Assembly (NCBI GenBank): GCA_012295275.1
Contig: CM022665.1
Location: 10,168,001-10,232,000, forward strand
DNA from: Chrysomallon squamiferum
Lineage: Eukaryota; Animalia; Mollusca
Reading direction: 5' to 3'
DNA: 64,000 nucleotides
A model generated the notes under the pieces. That model saw nothing but the letters and a program-made list of their open reading frames with translations, was not told the DNA's origin and made no database searches. Below are positions 1 through 25,379 of this stretch, piece by piece. The translations under genes and the position numbers were made by a program. Numbering within the stretch: position 1 is the stretch's first letter; each line of letters begins with the position of its first letter.

Positions 1-24
1 CTGTAGATAAATTCATATTTTCAG

Positions 25-3000
25 GAAATTTTACTGAAGCGACGTGGACGTCCAGGGTCTGTGAATGCAACAAGTCAGAACCAAGCAAACAACGATTTCC
101 GATCACCATCAGCTAAAAACAAGTCTGTTGGCACTGACAGCTTGAAATCCAGATCCACCCGCTCCAACAGCATCGACTTGGCAACTTCAGAAGGACTACC
201 ACGTACGAATTTTGTGACGTCTTTGTCGGAATGTTTCTGTAGTCAGATTTATTTAGATCTTTGTCAGTATAATGATTTGAATCTCAGATCTAGTGAAGAA
301 ATTATTTTTGTTTATCCAGATATACTTGAAATTTTAATTTTTAAAAAAAAATTTAACTGGATCAAAGATATTTTTTTTCATCTGTTTTACAAAATCACCA
401 TATTTTTTTTTTTTTTTTTATGTATAAAAATGTTGGAACTTCTGATTTTAATTTAAATTGTTTGTATTTTAGCTAAGTTGAGGAAAACCAGACAGAGCTC
501 TGGAATGACTGAATCTGATACGTGTTCACATGGTGAGTTTTTTTTTTTTTTTAGCTCTACATGAACCCAGCAATTTTTTTATTTTAACATATGTCAAATA
601 ACAGCGTGTCAAAAAAAAAAACACCCCAAAACAACACATGCAAACTTGAATCTGCAGGTTTCTGTTAATAATAATCATTATAGAGTAGTTCACATAGATT
701 CAATTTTATTTTAGCATTTGACTTATGGTTATTTAAGAAAAGAAACCCAGGGTAACATTCTATGGTCTTTATCGTTTACAGATTTTTTAGATAAAATTTT
801 TAAATGTGAAACACAAGTATCTGACATTAGAAATAATATCTGGCATTTTACCAGCACCTGTTCATTAAACAGTTGAATTAGTCATTCTCAGTCACTGAAT
901 ATTGTCTTTAACACGCCAACTTTGTGGGTAAAGGCTCCAACATCTAACTACTAATATTACTGGTTTTTAAAATATGTAGCTTTAGTTCAGACTGTTGGTC
1001 TTTAAGTCCCATTTCTCTGCATGTTGAGTGATGAAGTAAGAGAATAAAATAATTGCATCCAAAAAAAAGAAAAAAAAAAAGATTAAAAAACATTTCAGTA
1101 CTAATTAACATTGTGTCTTTCAGCAAGTGGTGAGAGCAGTGAGTTGTCTGAGGGGGAGGGGGAGGAAAAGATTGTTGTGGTTCTGGAAGAACACGACCAT
1201 GGAAAGTCTGAGCACCATGCAGACAAGGAAACAGAACAGGACACAAGTATGGAGGAAGAGGGGCAGGAAGACGAACACGACACCAGCATGGAGGAAAAGT
1301 CAGATCTCGGTGCAAGTCGAGAAGAAGATGAGGATACTGAAGAAGGAGGTATTAAACTTGTTATTATTATTTTTTATATATCTATTTTTTATTATTACTC
1401 CTATTTTTAATCATTATTTAATAATCGTTAAAATATGTAGTTTACAAAAGCTAAAAAGTAAATATTTAACATTAAGTTGTTTTGGAGTTACTGTGTGAAG
1501 TGTAAAATAATAACCTAAAGATTGTTATTCTGAGTGGTACTATATTAACTGTTTTTTTTGTCAATCTACTGTTTCATGGTACAAGCAGTGAGTATAAACA
1601 GTACATGAAATGTAGTTGAGTTGACCCTGTTTTAACAAATTTGAAATTTTTTCTTGAAGTTCATAATAATTTTAAATAACCTTATATAATAAATGAAAAT
1701 GCATACTGTTGAAATTATGTGTTTGTAAACACAGTAATCTCCAGAATGGGGGAATGTTAAATAACATTTTACGAATTCAGTCTTCTGTATTTATTCCCCA
1801 CAACCTTACTATTATTATTATATTGTTTATGTATAGAATTCATTCTTAGTTTGGCTTTACTCTGTTAGCTGATGCACATAACTTACTGAAATTTAATGTT
1901 AATGATTTCATAAAAATAATCAAAAACATAAGATGGTCTACAAGTTATTGCTTGTTTATAAAATAATATTTATCTTTTTTAATTTTCATATCATTATTAA
2001 TTTTTCCAGGCATTTTGGAAGAGTCTTTAGAATGCAATGAAGAAATGATTGGACCTGAAGATGAACTAGATCAGGTGGTGAAAGCATCTTTAAATGAAAT
2101 CAGACAGGACGAAATGGCTGCAAGTACGACTCAGACAAACAAAGACAAAAAAAACGATGAAGCACTTTCTCCACCAAAACTTGACATCATAGACAGTGAA
2201 CCTCCTTCAGCTGTTAAAGAGGATGTCTTGGCCAAACCACCACTGATCCAGAATGATCTGACTGACAAAGAAACTGCTCCCAAGCTGGTCGCTGAGACTA
2301 TTTTCAAAGAATTTCCAATTAAGACTCTTGCAGAGAAGAAACAAGGATCTGAAAGGATTGAATTTGATGCAGAAAAATCCACCAGTTTTGGTCCTGTTCC
2401 AGAGAGCAAAAGTCTGTTAGCTACTAGCAGTGCTGAAAGTGTCAAAGTGCCTAAGCCAGAGTTTAAGAAGGAAGATCTTCCTTTATCCATCACTCCTATT
2501 GTAGCAGTTTCTCCTCTTAAGTCTGAACTAGATAATGTGAAGAAAGAGCCAGAAAAAAGGGGAAGGAAAAAGAAAGGAAAACAACCAGAGGTCCTTGTGA
2601 CCCGATCTCCAGTAACTGTGTCATCACCTCCGCTGGATGCCAGAATGCAAGCAGCAATGGATCTCTATGACTTTACAAATTTCGAGGACAGTGATGACTT
2701 CATTCTGAGAGAAAAGAAACCAGAGTTTGGTCCAAAATGGCTGAGTGAGAACAAAGAAAAAAAGCTTACTGTTCTAGAAAATGTGGAGAGTGAAAAGAAA
2801 AAAGTGAAGAAAAAGGTTAAAAAGAAAACACAAGAGGAAGTTGTTGAAGCAAAGAAGGATGCTGATGGTGAAGGCAAGTTGGTGATAGATGAAAAGAAGG
2901 AGGTGGAAGAGAAGACAGAGCCAGAAGTGAAAAAGGATCTGACTGGAAAAGAAGGACTGAAAGGTGTGAAAGTTCCTAAAATAGAGCGAGTCATAAAACT

Positions 3001-5387
3001 GAAGGAATCAAAGAAAACTAAAGACATTAAGGACTCTGAAGTCAAAAGTGATGTGAATGAAGCATTGAAAGAAAAAATTGAAAAACGAACGCGGTCCAGA
3101 TCTCAGAGTCCTGCTGACTTCAACAATAGCAGCAAGATGCTGAAATTGGATACTTTACCTTTCTCACCTAAACCTTGTACTAGTTCAAATACTCTTGCCG
3201 AAGTGAGCAGATATCAAATAAACCCAAGTCTAATGGACTCAGCCGCTGAACAAACTGTCTCAAATATTGTTCTGGACAACACACCTCCAACAACGCCTGA
3301 ACATGATGGGGCTGAAGGTGACCAAGTGCCTCAGTCTAAGTTGGAAGTTGTTGGTGAGAATGAGGAATCTGTTTCCATTGACAGAGAGGTCAAACAGGGA
3401 AGTGAGTCTCCACATGCTGGCAGTGCTAGTGGCTCGTCAGTTGAAGGAAATGAAAGCAGCAGCATTGTTCCCAGCTCTGAGAGTAGCAATGATGTGGAGG
3501 TGTTGCTCTCTCTTGGCAAACGGAAGAGAGAGTTGACTGAGCCAACATCAAACAAGAAGAAGAAAAGAACTGTGAGCAAGTCAAAGTCTGATAAAAACAA
3601 AGTGAAAAATTCTCATGGTGAGTTCTTATATATATATATTCATTATAGTTATAATATTACTTTTATGAATGTTTATGAATGAACACTAATTTTTTCTAAG
3701 TCTTTAATTTTTCATTCAAAATGTTTTCCACAGAAACACATTTATATGACAGTGGAAGCAAATAGCCAAATTACATTTTATATATTTTTTATATATTGTT
3801 TTTAAACTGCTAATAATAGAGTATAACATTTATTTTCTAATTGCTAAATGTCCTGTAATGTTGAAATTTAGTTTTTAAAAGAATTACATTTAACATAATT
3901 TTACAGGCAGTGATAGTGATGAGGTACAAAGTGTGAAGGCGTCGTCGAATCCCGTCCAGCCTGTTGTGACTGAGTCTAGTGTCCCAGTGAAAGTCTCAGA
4001 ACTTCATAACAGATCTCCCAGACCACCCAAGTATAACTTCAATCTGGGTAAGTCTTCTTTTTAAAAAAAAAAAAATTTCTACTGGGATGTGAAATGACCA
4101 CTAAAACAGAAATGCACCTTTTTTGAAATACATTTCCACTACCCAAATCCCCAAATCGTTTCTGAATTTTAATCAATTTGTAAAATGATTTGACCTGAAA
4201 TGAAATACACTGGTTTCAGATGGAGGAGAAATCAAACCTGCCATAATGGAAACAGAAACGGGGAAAATGCTGCATCATCTCTGCAGTGCTAACCTGTTTT
4301 GTTGAACTAACAAGTGTAAAACAAAATTTTGTTCCAAGAAAATCTTATATTTGCCCAAAACCTGCCCATACACTTTTTTTTTTTTTGAAAAAAAACAACA
4401 ACATGAAGCAAACTATATGCATATGCATATACACACTTTTTTATTATTTGTTAAAAATGATTTAGAAGCTAAAAAGCCTCCCCGATTTTGTTTTCTAAAT
4501 AATAGAAAATCGATTTCTGGTAATTGTGGATTTTCTAGCAGGTGGTGATGCCTTTAAAAGTAAAAAATAAGTAAAAGACTTTATTTTTATTTTTTAAGTT
4601 CTCTGGTTCATGGTTTGATTTTGAGGGTCAAAATTATTCTCAGCAATTTCGTGAAATATAATTTTTGTCTGTGTGTAACTGTTTATTCTTATTTATTTTA
4701 AACCAGTGCATATATGTATGAGTGTTTGTGTGTGTGTCTGTCAGTCTCTCTATTTTTACATTTTTCTTTCAGCACTTTTTGTTTTTTAATTAAATTGCTA
4801 AAAAATTTATTAAAATTCTTTTCTAGAAGAAGGTGCCAGTTTGGAGGGGGAACGAAGAATCACTTTCCTGATGGAGAAAATGCAAGAAATCAGAAGAATG
4901 TACTTGTCTTTAAAAGCAGAAGTTGCTTCCATAGACAAAAAGCGCAAACGTGCAAAACGCAAGGAAAGAGAAAGTAAATACTGCAATTTTTCCTCATTTT
5001 ATTTGTCCTAAAATCAGTTAACTGAATGAATTTGTTTTTTTATTAGTTTGTCCATGTAAAAAAATGTTTATTAAAAAAAAATGTTAAAATCTCTGGCCTT
5101 CATTACTTAAATTTTTTTTAAAATTAAATATAATTTTGTTTTTAATTTATATTAGAAATATCTATTAGAGTTTTATATATTTAATTAGAAAAAATTAGCT
5201 TTACAGATGTTTTATTAACAACAAAACTTATTATTTACACTACTTAATTATATCCAATTTTTCCCATTTATTATTTGTAATTTAATTATTTACAATTTCC
5301 TTTTTTTTTCAGTTATTATTAACTTTTATTACTTTTTGTTTTTTTTCAGATTCACAGTCTTCACACATAGAATTGGAAAGCTCCTGA
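25..5387 (+). CDS. ARID4: AT-rich interactive domain-containing protein 4 (ARID4A/4B-like), 3' part; 5' exons lie upstream of the window
   Basis: In-frame GT-AG exons at 25-202, 473-532, 1124-1348, 2010-3617, 3907-4047, 4827-4973 and 5350-5387 (TGA 5385-5387). Exon 4827-4973 encodes RRITFLMEKMQEIRRMYLSLKAEVASIDKKRKRAKRKERE, matching the conserved ARID4A/B C-terminal coiled coil. Also an AT-hook-like KRRGRP, an LDNTPPTTPE motif and long K/E/S-rich disordered tracts. Confidence 0.9.
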
Positions 5388-6004
5388 TTTTTTGGATTTT
5401 TTTCCCTATCATTTCATCCGATATTGCCTACATTTCTCATTGGTTTAGTACACATCCATTTTTTTTTTTTTTTAACACAGTATTTTACTGAATTAAATCA
5501 GTGATGCTGGATCACAGTGACATTAATACATTGGCGCGTTTTCTCTTTTTTCTAGTCTGTATTTTAAAAAAATAAATGTCTTAAAAACAAATACAAAAAA
5601 TAACGAAAACAAATGTATGCAATAAATGGCTTCTGTGCAGCCATATTTTTCATTTTTTTTTCTTTGTAAAAAAAAGTGAATTAAAAATTGTAGGGTATTA
5701 TTTATTATTATTCATCTACTTCATAAACCACTAGATTTTAAAATTTTTAAAATTCATTATTTAATATTTTATATTAATATTATTATTATTATTATTACTA
5801 TTACTGTTATTCTTATTCTTCTTCTTATTATTATTGTTATTACTATTATTATTACTGGAAGCAGTAATACAAAGAAAATTTAAAAATGAAATGACACAGA
5901 TTTTCATAATAAATTATAAAATGCTCATTTTTTAAATTGTAAATTATTGTGTAATGTTTGTGTTTTTTGTTTTGTTCTTTTGAAGATTCCGTATGAAGAG
6001 ATGT

Positions 6005-6038
<34 letters not shown>

Positions 6039-7516
6039 ATAATTACATATAACTTCAAAACCAACAATGCTTTAAATTTATAACAAATGAATTATTTATT
6101 GGGAGAATATGATATTGAAAAAAAGTTTATTTTTATACCACATTGTGATTATAACCATTTTATTGACCGTAACAAAGGACATGCACATTTTTGACATGAT
6201 TATTTATTTATTATTTATGTTACGTTGCATTTATTTTCATTAAGGTGAACAGTTTGTCCTTGTTTAAAAAAGGATTAGCTTTACAACAAACTCTCACGTC
6301 TGTTAAAACTAATTCATAGAGATCAAAATGAATGGTTTTATTGTATTGAGTTTGGATACACTTTTTATGTAGATTGCATTCACTGTTAAAAACGTTACTT
6401 CAAATTTGCATTCATCTGCACTGTTTGTGACATACACATTATTAATTTCTTAGAATAAATAAGCTTAACTTAAACATTTTCAAGTTTAACATAAATAATT
6501 AATGTGTACTATGGTAGTGCTCATAAATAGCGAAATAAATGTTATATACTTCCAGCAGTCAATATTATTGTTCTATTTGTTCAATATAACAAATTTTACT
6601 AGTAATAAAGTTTAAAAAGAAAATAAATCCAAGGATGTTGCAGTTTTCTTTTTTGTAATATACATTCTTACACTGATATAATAATAATAATAATAACAAT
6701 AATTAAAAAAAAAAATGTATCAATTATTTTGTGACATGCACAGAAATATATTCAAAATATATATATGTATGTATGTATATCTATATGCATGTGTGTATAT
6801 ATATATATATTTAAAACAAATAATAAAAATTAAATTTAAAGCAGCAATACCTCCTTACAAAAACTAGTAGGAATAGTTAAATATATTTGCAATACTTTAT
6901 TCTATAATGGAAAAACAGGAAGATGAAGCTGATCTTTTTTAAAGATTTCCATTTGTTCATGTCACTATAGGTACACTATATATCATGTAGTGATATACAC
7001 ACCATGTATGTATATGTATGTGAGATTTTGTATGTGTGCGTGTGTAAATATATATATTTAAACAAATGACATTAACACAGGCTACTCTCTTTACAACATT
7101 CTTCAGAATGTTTTTCTTTATATTACACAGAAAAAATTAGTCTGTTCATATAATGAAATAATATAAACTTAGTGATTTTAATCTCAGTTTTTAAGTTTAA
7201 AAAAAAAGATTTCGAAAACTTTACTGAATCAAATTGTTCATTAACCACATCTCCCAAATCCTCAACAGTGTGTTTGAAATTGTTGTAAGCTTTATTGCTA
7301 AGAATAGGTTTTGAAGTCAACAATAATACAAACAAAAACACCCTGTTATTTGTCAACAAGTACAACAATAGGCTTATAGTCTATTATTTGTAAATAACTT
7401 GTTTTTTTGTGTGTTTTATTGTACATATATTTGTACATTACAGTCCGAACAGGACATAATGGGTTTTTAATTACACAGAAGTTAGGTTTGATATATTTTT
7501 AAAATTCAAATGTTTT

Positions 7517-7910
7517 GTTAGATGATCTTGCAGTTAAACAACTTTTGGTGTATGATGGTAATGTACTTTGCTGATAACAAAAGCAGTATTTATTTTAAGA
7601 AAAGAATTAATCTTCATGCATTCACAAAATGCAAACGTATAAAATATGTTGTTATATGATCTTGCATTTAGACTATAATTGTTACATGATACCGATGTAC
7701 CTGGTTGAAAATGAAAATGAAAACTATATTTTTCATTCATTTATTGTAAGAAAAAAACTAATCTTATGCAGACATATGTTGTTAGATGAATTTCCATTTA
7801 GACAACATTTGTTACATGATAGCAATGTACCTTGCTGAAAACAAAAAATGAAATCAGTATTTATTTATTGTAAGAAGAAAAAAACAAAAACAAAATCTTA
7901 TGCATTCATA
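7517..7910. repeat. Degenerate triple tandem repeat (~130-bp unit) downstream of the ARID4 stop
   Basis: GTTA(G/T)ATGA...ATTTATT(G/T)TAAGAA...ATCTT(C)ATGCA recurs at about 7517, 7650 and 7780. Confidence 0.65.
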
Positions 7911-8689
7911 AACTGTTTTATGTCATACATCATTTTCATGTTTGAATACACTGTCATTTTTCAACCACAGTACATTATCATCTCATGTATTTAAAACTGT
8001 TAGACTGTAGCATTAAAAATTAAAATTCAAAAATTGGATTAAGCTTTGGTGTGGTTTAGCAATTGTTCTGTGAATTTTAGCATTTTTATTCTGCTTCCAA
8101 ATTTAAATTACCATTTACTCTTTGCATCTTTTTTGCCATACCATTGAAAAAAAGAGAAACGGTATAGCTGTTTATATTTACCCGTTTACATTTCAACCGA
8201 ATGTTCATTTACTGTTTGTTTTTTTAAATTTCGGCCAAATGTTCATTTACTGTTTTTTTTTTAAATTTCAGGCAAATGTTCATTTACTGTTTTGTTCAGC
8301 ATTCAAGTATTAGCAGTTAGCTGGTATTTTATTGTAACTAGTTATTGTTAATGTTGTATAGAAATTATTTTTAATATGACATGAATTATTTTTTACTTTT
8401 AAATGTTGGAATTTTGAAGCATATTGCTTTCCTGTAGTAGTTTAGTTACTGTTATATGCACAGAAAATACACAATTAGCACTTAATGTGTGTTGATAATG
8501 GCAACCACAGAACAATAACCAGTTGTTATTGTTGTTTTTTTAAAAGATAAAAATGATATTACACTTTATTACAGCCCATGACATGTTTGTGTCAGTATAT
8601 TTATTCTGCTGTGAGAATGTTGCACAATTACTTCATTGTTTTAATACAGATTTAGATAATTTACAATGTTTTTTTTTTTTTTTTTAATG

Positions 8690-8910
8690 CAGTGGTTTTC
8701 AAATAGTTAGGACTCGGAACCACTTTGCATTGTTAAAAAAACCAAAAAATGAGGACTCCAAACAGCTTTTGTTTTCATGTATTACATCTGTTGCAGTTTC
8801 CTATGTTAGAAATTAAAGTGAAATTCCAGTGGTGAAAGCCAGAAAATAGTCATCACTTTGTGGAAGCCACTGAAAGGTTCTAGCGAGCTCCAGTGTTTTG
8901 AGAACTGCTG
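8690..8910. mobile_element. hAT (Charlie-type) non-autonomous element / MITE
   Basis: Imperfect TIRs CAGTGGTTTTCAAA (8690) and TTTGAGAACTGCTG (ending 8910). The flanking 8-mers TTTTAATG and TTTTAATA match 7/8, consistent with an 8-bp hAT TSD. Confidence 0.75.
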
Positions 8911-11900
8911 TTTTAATAGATAACGTGGACAGTATATGCACAAAGTAAATATGTGTTAGATCTGTGGACATCACTGCGACTCATTTTTGTATAGTGCTAC
9001 TGTTTTCTTGTATCAAAAAACATTTTTATACTTCATCTACCCCTGCCCCATGTGTACAGAGAAAATGCTTCAAAAGTCAAATTAAAATGTGACAAACCAA
9101 AATTGTATTTATAAATTTTTAATTTAATTTTTTTTTTTCAGTTTATGTGTACTTGTAGACTTTTTAAAGAATATTTACCTGTAGTGGTTGTACTGTTTTA
9201 CTGAAATGTAAATAGATGAAAGTGTATATTAACTTTAATTAAAAATGCATATGCAGATTTGTATCTTTACACAGTATTGGTTGTACAATGTCTTACTGCA
9301 CATTTTAGATAATTTTTCAGATTCAAAATAAAGGAAGTGTTTTCAGTCTTCCTGCTTGTTTAAGATACAAATGTAATTTTTATTTAGTCATGGCAGTTTT
9401 AATATCTCAGTGTTCAAAAAATAAAAAATAAAAAAAAATAAAAAAATAAAAATAAAGAAAGAAAAAAGAAAAGTGGGAGAAAATAAATAGTAATATAAAT
9501 AAAATAAAATGAACAAAATTAATATACAATAATAAAGTAAAACAATTTTCTGTAGGTTGTCGCTGAAGTCTGGAACTGTAGAATAACTGATGCATTCAAT
9601 TTTAAATTTGTGTTTTATATAAACCTAATATCATTTGATGATGTTAGTTTTCTGAATGGATTTCTTATCTGAATTTGTGTATCAGAAACAACGAGAGTCC
9701 ATTGTGAATAAAAACATTTGTTTTGTCATGTATCACAATTTTTTATTTTTTTTTGTTTTTACAAATCCAGATTTATGAAACACCTTTTAATATAATTAGT
9801 AATATTTCTTAGGAGTACTGATTTTACTGAAGCCAGTAAACCTACAAGTATACTTAATCCACATTAATAGTTTTTTATAAGAAATAATTATTAACACGTA
9901 AGCTCTGTTTTAGGGGTTTTTTGTACAGAAAGATGTTAATACCACAGAATTGTTGTTTTCCATTTGTTTTCACGATAGAAAGATTTTAATGAATAAACTT
10001 ATGAAACAAATTTAATTAGCCATCTTTTTATTTTATTTTATTATTTAATTTTTAATTTTTCTTTAAAATCAAATTATATATATATATTTGAATAAAAAAA
10101 AAACTGCAAAATATATATATATATATTTAAATAAATAATAAAAAAAATAATCACTTCCATTTTAATTTGATCAATACATTTCACATAAAAGAACAGTTTG
10201 TTTTTGTAAAAAAAAAAAAAAAAAAAAAAAAATTCTTATATAATTTAAAAAAAACGTAGTTTCAGATCTCTTACTAATAAAAAAGTTATAATAAAATAGT
10301 TTAAAAAAAAGGAAGAAATTTCCAAAACAACAACAAAATAATTCTGCCATTACTGCCAAACATTTATTAAAAATGGTTACATAGAAGTTCATCACTTCAT
10401 GTTCAGATCAGAATTCCATTTCATTTACTGAAAATACTGAAAATTAATGTGCAATAAGACCATGATTCATGAACTTTTAAAATCTGATACTGTTTTAAGA
10501 AATAGTACATCTTATGAGGGTTTGTGCAAGTTAGGTTTGTAGCTCACATTTTTCGAGCAAATTTGAATCAGTTTTTTTGCGGTTTTAAACTGGTTTGTTA
10601 TGTACCATGTGGAGATAACTTAAATGTTGAGAAAACTTTTAAGTGCACAAAAAACCCTAATTTATAATTCTTAGTCAAAAAATGAAATAAATATTATATA
10701 TATGTATATATGACTGAGTTTTTTGTTTTTAGTAATGAATTAATGCTTAATGATTCCTCAGCACCTATGAACATTATTTATAAATTGTTGAAGTGTGTGT
10801 ATGTGTCTCTTTCTCTTTCATATGCTTGCACCCATATTTAAAAATGTTTGAAATCTGAATAGTCATACATGTTGAGAATCATTTCTACATATATATATAT
10901 ATAGGGATAAGAAGAACTGATGCTATTTCATGAACTATCTTAATAATTTTGTTCCAAGTGATTTTGGTGTATTTCTGTACACTGAAAAGCCAGGCATGCT
11001 AAAGCTGTTTATGAATCCTTTTTGAATCACTTTTGAATCTTATTTCAAAAGCAGCACTAAAGAGGATTGATCTTGCAGTCTGCCTTTCCCATGTCAAACA
11101 TCTCAAGTGATCTACATCATTTGAAATTCAGTGCACCTTCCCTGTTGGGGAAAACAGCCCAGCTGAAATCCATTACTTTCTAAATCTTTTAATCTGATAT
11201 TTTTTTCCTTTGGAATGACACTGAACAAATTTTTATTTTTAACTAGAGATACCAAACTTCCTTATGAAGTTATGGACATAAATTTATTAATTTGTTGATA
11301 ATTAATATCATGTATATCTGTTTTGGAAGGAATTTCATGAATTATACAAAAATGACTGTACAGAATTGCAAACTTGGATAGCTCAATAAACTAATAAAAA
11401 AAAATATTGGAGAAACCATCCTTGAAAGTGAGGTAACATAAATTTTTAAGCATTAAATAAAAACAAAATATTTATATTGCAACTAAATTTTTTAATCCAA
11501 CTTCTTCACTATCTCATTAGACTTTCCTAACAAATTTAAACAAAACTTAATGAACTTGTTAAAAAAAAAAAAAGAAATAAAGATTGTGTTTAGTGACAAA
11601 AAAAGAAACCTGTTTTATATTTGTATCTGTGTTTTGCTAGACATATAAACATATTTTTGTCAAATGCAGTAGACATCTGTGCACTTTAAATAGTAAATAA
11701 AAAGTATAAAAATCTTAACCATCAAAAAATAAATAAGTACAAAATAAAATAAAATAAATAAGTAAAAAAAGAAAAAGAAAACAATAAATATATGCCAGAT
11801 AAGCATTGTTTGTATTCATCACACTTGTCTCTTATCCCTCCATTTTTAAATTTTACTTTTTTAAATATACAAAATGAATGTTTTACCCCAATTTAATTAT

Positions 11901-13084
11901 GAATCAACATGCCATTATTTAAAGCAATATTAAGGCTAATAATAGCAAGTTTAAAAATAAGTTTGTCATACAGGCAGGTGTCTTAAAAAACAGAAACAAA
12001 AACAAAGCCATGTAATGAGATGATCGTTTTAAATTAGTCAGGCAATGTAGCAACATGAGCTTCACTGATAACATTATCAATTAAAATAAAATAGCAAATT
12101 TAAGTAATACTGATGATGTCTACAAGCACACATTTACTAAACTACTTTTTCCCCTTTACCCAAAGAAAAGCTATTAAATAAAACTAATGACAAAGAATAA
12201 ATATTGCTAACCCTGGATTTTACAGACCTCAGTTTTCCACATTTTGGGAAATCCAGACCAGATCTTGAAAAATTACAAAATTTGAAATAACTGCCATTTC
12301 CCACTTATCTCTTAAATTAGTCCCCACTACATGATCATGGCAAACCTCACAATCCACTTTCCATCAAGTTAAATTTTACAGTTACACCCATAACCATCCT
12401 AAACTAACAAACTTCACCCAACCTAGACTACATGTTTCTTTATGTATATGACATTTGTTTACATTGTTTTAGTGTCTGCATGTTGTTCTTACATTATTAT
12501 ATTACTTAATAGATGTTATGTCTACTACAGTTAATTGTTTTGGTAAATGCTTGGGTTGATGTTTACATTTACAATTTCCCAGACTTTTGCATTTTCCTAT
12601 TAATTCTATTTGCTCGCCCCCAATCCTATTAGTCTGTGAAATTGAGAGTCAACGAAGTAGCTTGGAAATGTTCACAACAAGAATAGTAACTTTTAAAAGA
12701 TTAATTAAAATTAACGACCAAGAACAAGTATTACTTGGAAATATTCTGAATGTATATAATTTTTTTTTTTATCATCAAAGGCAGATTTTACTAAGAAGAA
12801 GAAAAACAGGTTCTTCAAAATCTTCCACTTAGTGCAGGTTGCTGCAGATACAGGGACACAAACCTAAGTTTAATTATACATTGACTATTTCACCACTGAG
12901 GTCTCTTGTCCCGATTTTGCAGGTTTGTGTAAGGCATTCAAGAGAGCCAAAGCAGCAAATTTACTATGTTTTATATTCATATTCATAATCCTTTAAATTT
13001 TGACAATTTAAAGTGACACAGAAATACTGCTTCAGTTTAATAATAATAGTAATAGAAGTACTACTACTACTACTAATAGTAGTA

Positions 13085-13388
13085 CAGGTTGAGGATCCCT
13101 TCTCCGAAATTCCAAAATCCAAAAAACTCCCAAATCCAAAATATTTTTCAAGTAGCAGTAATAGTGACATCTTGTAGTTTTCAGACTGTTTTGCATATAC
13201 ACAAACTTTATTTTATGTACAAAATTATTAAAAATACTATATAAAAAATCCTGCAGAGTGTTTGGGTAAGCAGTATATGAAATATAAATGGTATTTGAAT
13301 TTAGATCTATTCTTGTGCAGTCTTCGTATATTCTAAAATCTGAAACACTTTCTGTCCCAACCATTTCGAATAAAAGAATCTCAACCTG
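13085..13388. mobile_element. Tc1/mariner-pogo (Tigger-like) MITE
   Basis: TA|CAGGTTGAG ... CTCAACCTG|TA, giving terminal inverted repeats with a TA target duplication. 304 bp, no transposase. Confidence 0.85.
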
Positions 13389-14333
13389 TATTAACAAAAA
13401 CATTGCTGAGTTACAATACAATTAACTATCAAGAACCATCAATACTCAACAGTTAACGATTTTAAATATAAAAAAAACAGTAAAATCAGAAATCATCACT
13501 GTGTCATGGACACCAAAACATTGTTCCCTATCAATTACTTTTTTTTTTTTTTAAATTGTTTAATTGATCAAAGATGGTTTTTGTAATTCACCACTGCAGC
13601 CAAGCGTAACCATTAATAAAAACATTAACTTTTATTTTCTGACAAGTTGAAAAACAGACATATCATAGTAGTACTCCAAGTATTCAATTAATGAATAAAT
13701 ATTTTTAAGTGGCAAGTGTCAGGCATGTTAATGTTTAGAGTCAGCTGAAGACAACACAGTAATGTCTGAAAAGTCTAAAATGACAAGAAAAAGAAATTGT
13801 TGAAAAGTCTAAATCTGTTGTCTTTTAAAAAGTTGTTTTTAGTGTGCTCCTCAGAATAAAAGAAAAAATATACATACATATATATATATAAATCTTCACA
13901 GTCATTTGAGATCAGTGAAAACATGTACATAGTACATAATAAAACTTTGTCATATAGCAATTTTTATGCTGATATAAAATAATCAAGACTAGTGATACAA
14001 TGTAATATACCCATTTCATTTTCAGTAATCATTAACAAGTGTTTTTGTTCACACACAATTTTTTTTAATTAAAAATAGATGATCATTATCACAGCTGTGT
14101 ATCTTTGGCCAAGATATCCTGTAAACATGTGAAATTATGATACATCTTGATATATTAAAACAAAATTAAAAAATCCCTCATCTTAAAAAACAAAACAAAA
14201 ACAACTTCAGACAATTAAGCAGCAGGTTTTCAACCTTTTTGTCAAAAAAGCAGTTAAGATAAATTCTTTTTATAAAGGATACATATTTTGAAAATTTAAG
14301 CATTCAAACAGCAATTAAGTTTTTTCATAAATG

Positions 14334-25083
<10,750 letters not shown>

Positions 25084-25379
25084 CACTTTAGATCTATAAA
25101 AAGGTGAGGCAAAAATAAAGTAAAATATAATTAATAAAAGTATTTGATACAATTAAATATTATAAATTGGTTTTGTCAATTTTTATATAAATATAAAATA
25201 ATTAACATTAAAAGAAAAACGGTTACAATATTTGATTGTTACATTAGTTAGAAAGTGGGGAGGGGGAAAAAAAAAAAAAAAAAGTTTCAGTAATCTCAAA
25301 CAAATAAACATTGTTCGAGACTAAATAATATATAGACATAGAAAAGAAAAACATACTCTGTACCCTAAGCCAAACAACA

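Noticed and set aside
2131-3600. Antisense and alternative-frame ORFs over the large ARID4 exon
   Set aside because: These are Ser/Phe/Leu-rich shadows of a K/E-rich coding strand with no independent evidence.
5852-13960. Short ORFs between ARID4 and RIOX1, and poly-F/L/I or HT/CV ORFs elsewhere
   Set aside because: Low-complexity translations of poly-T/A tracts, microsatellites or MITEs.
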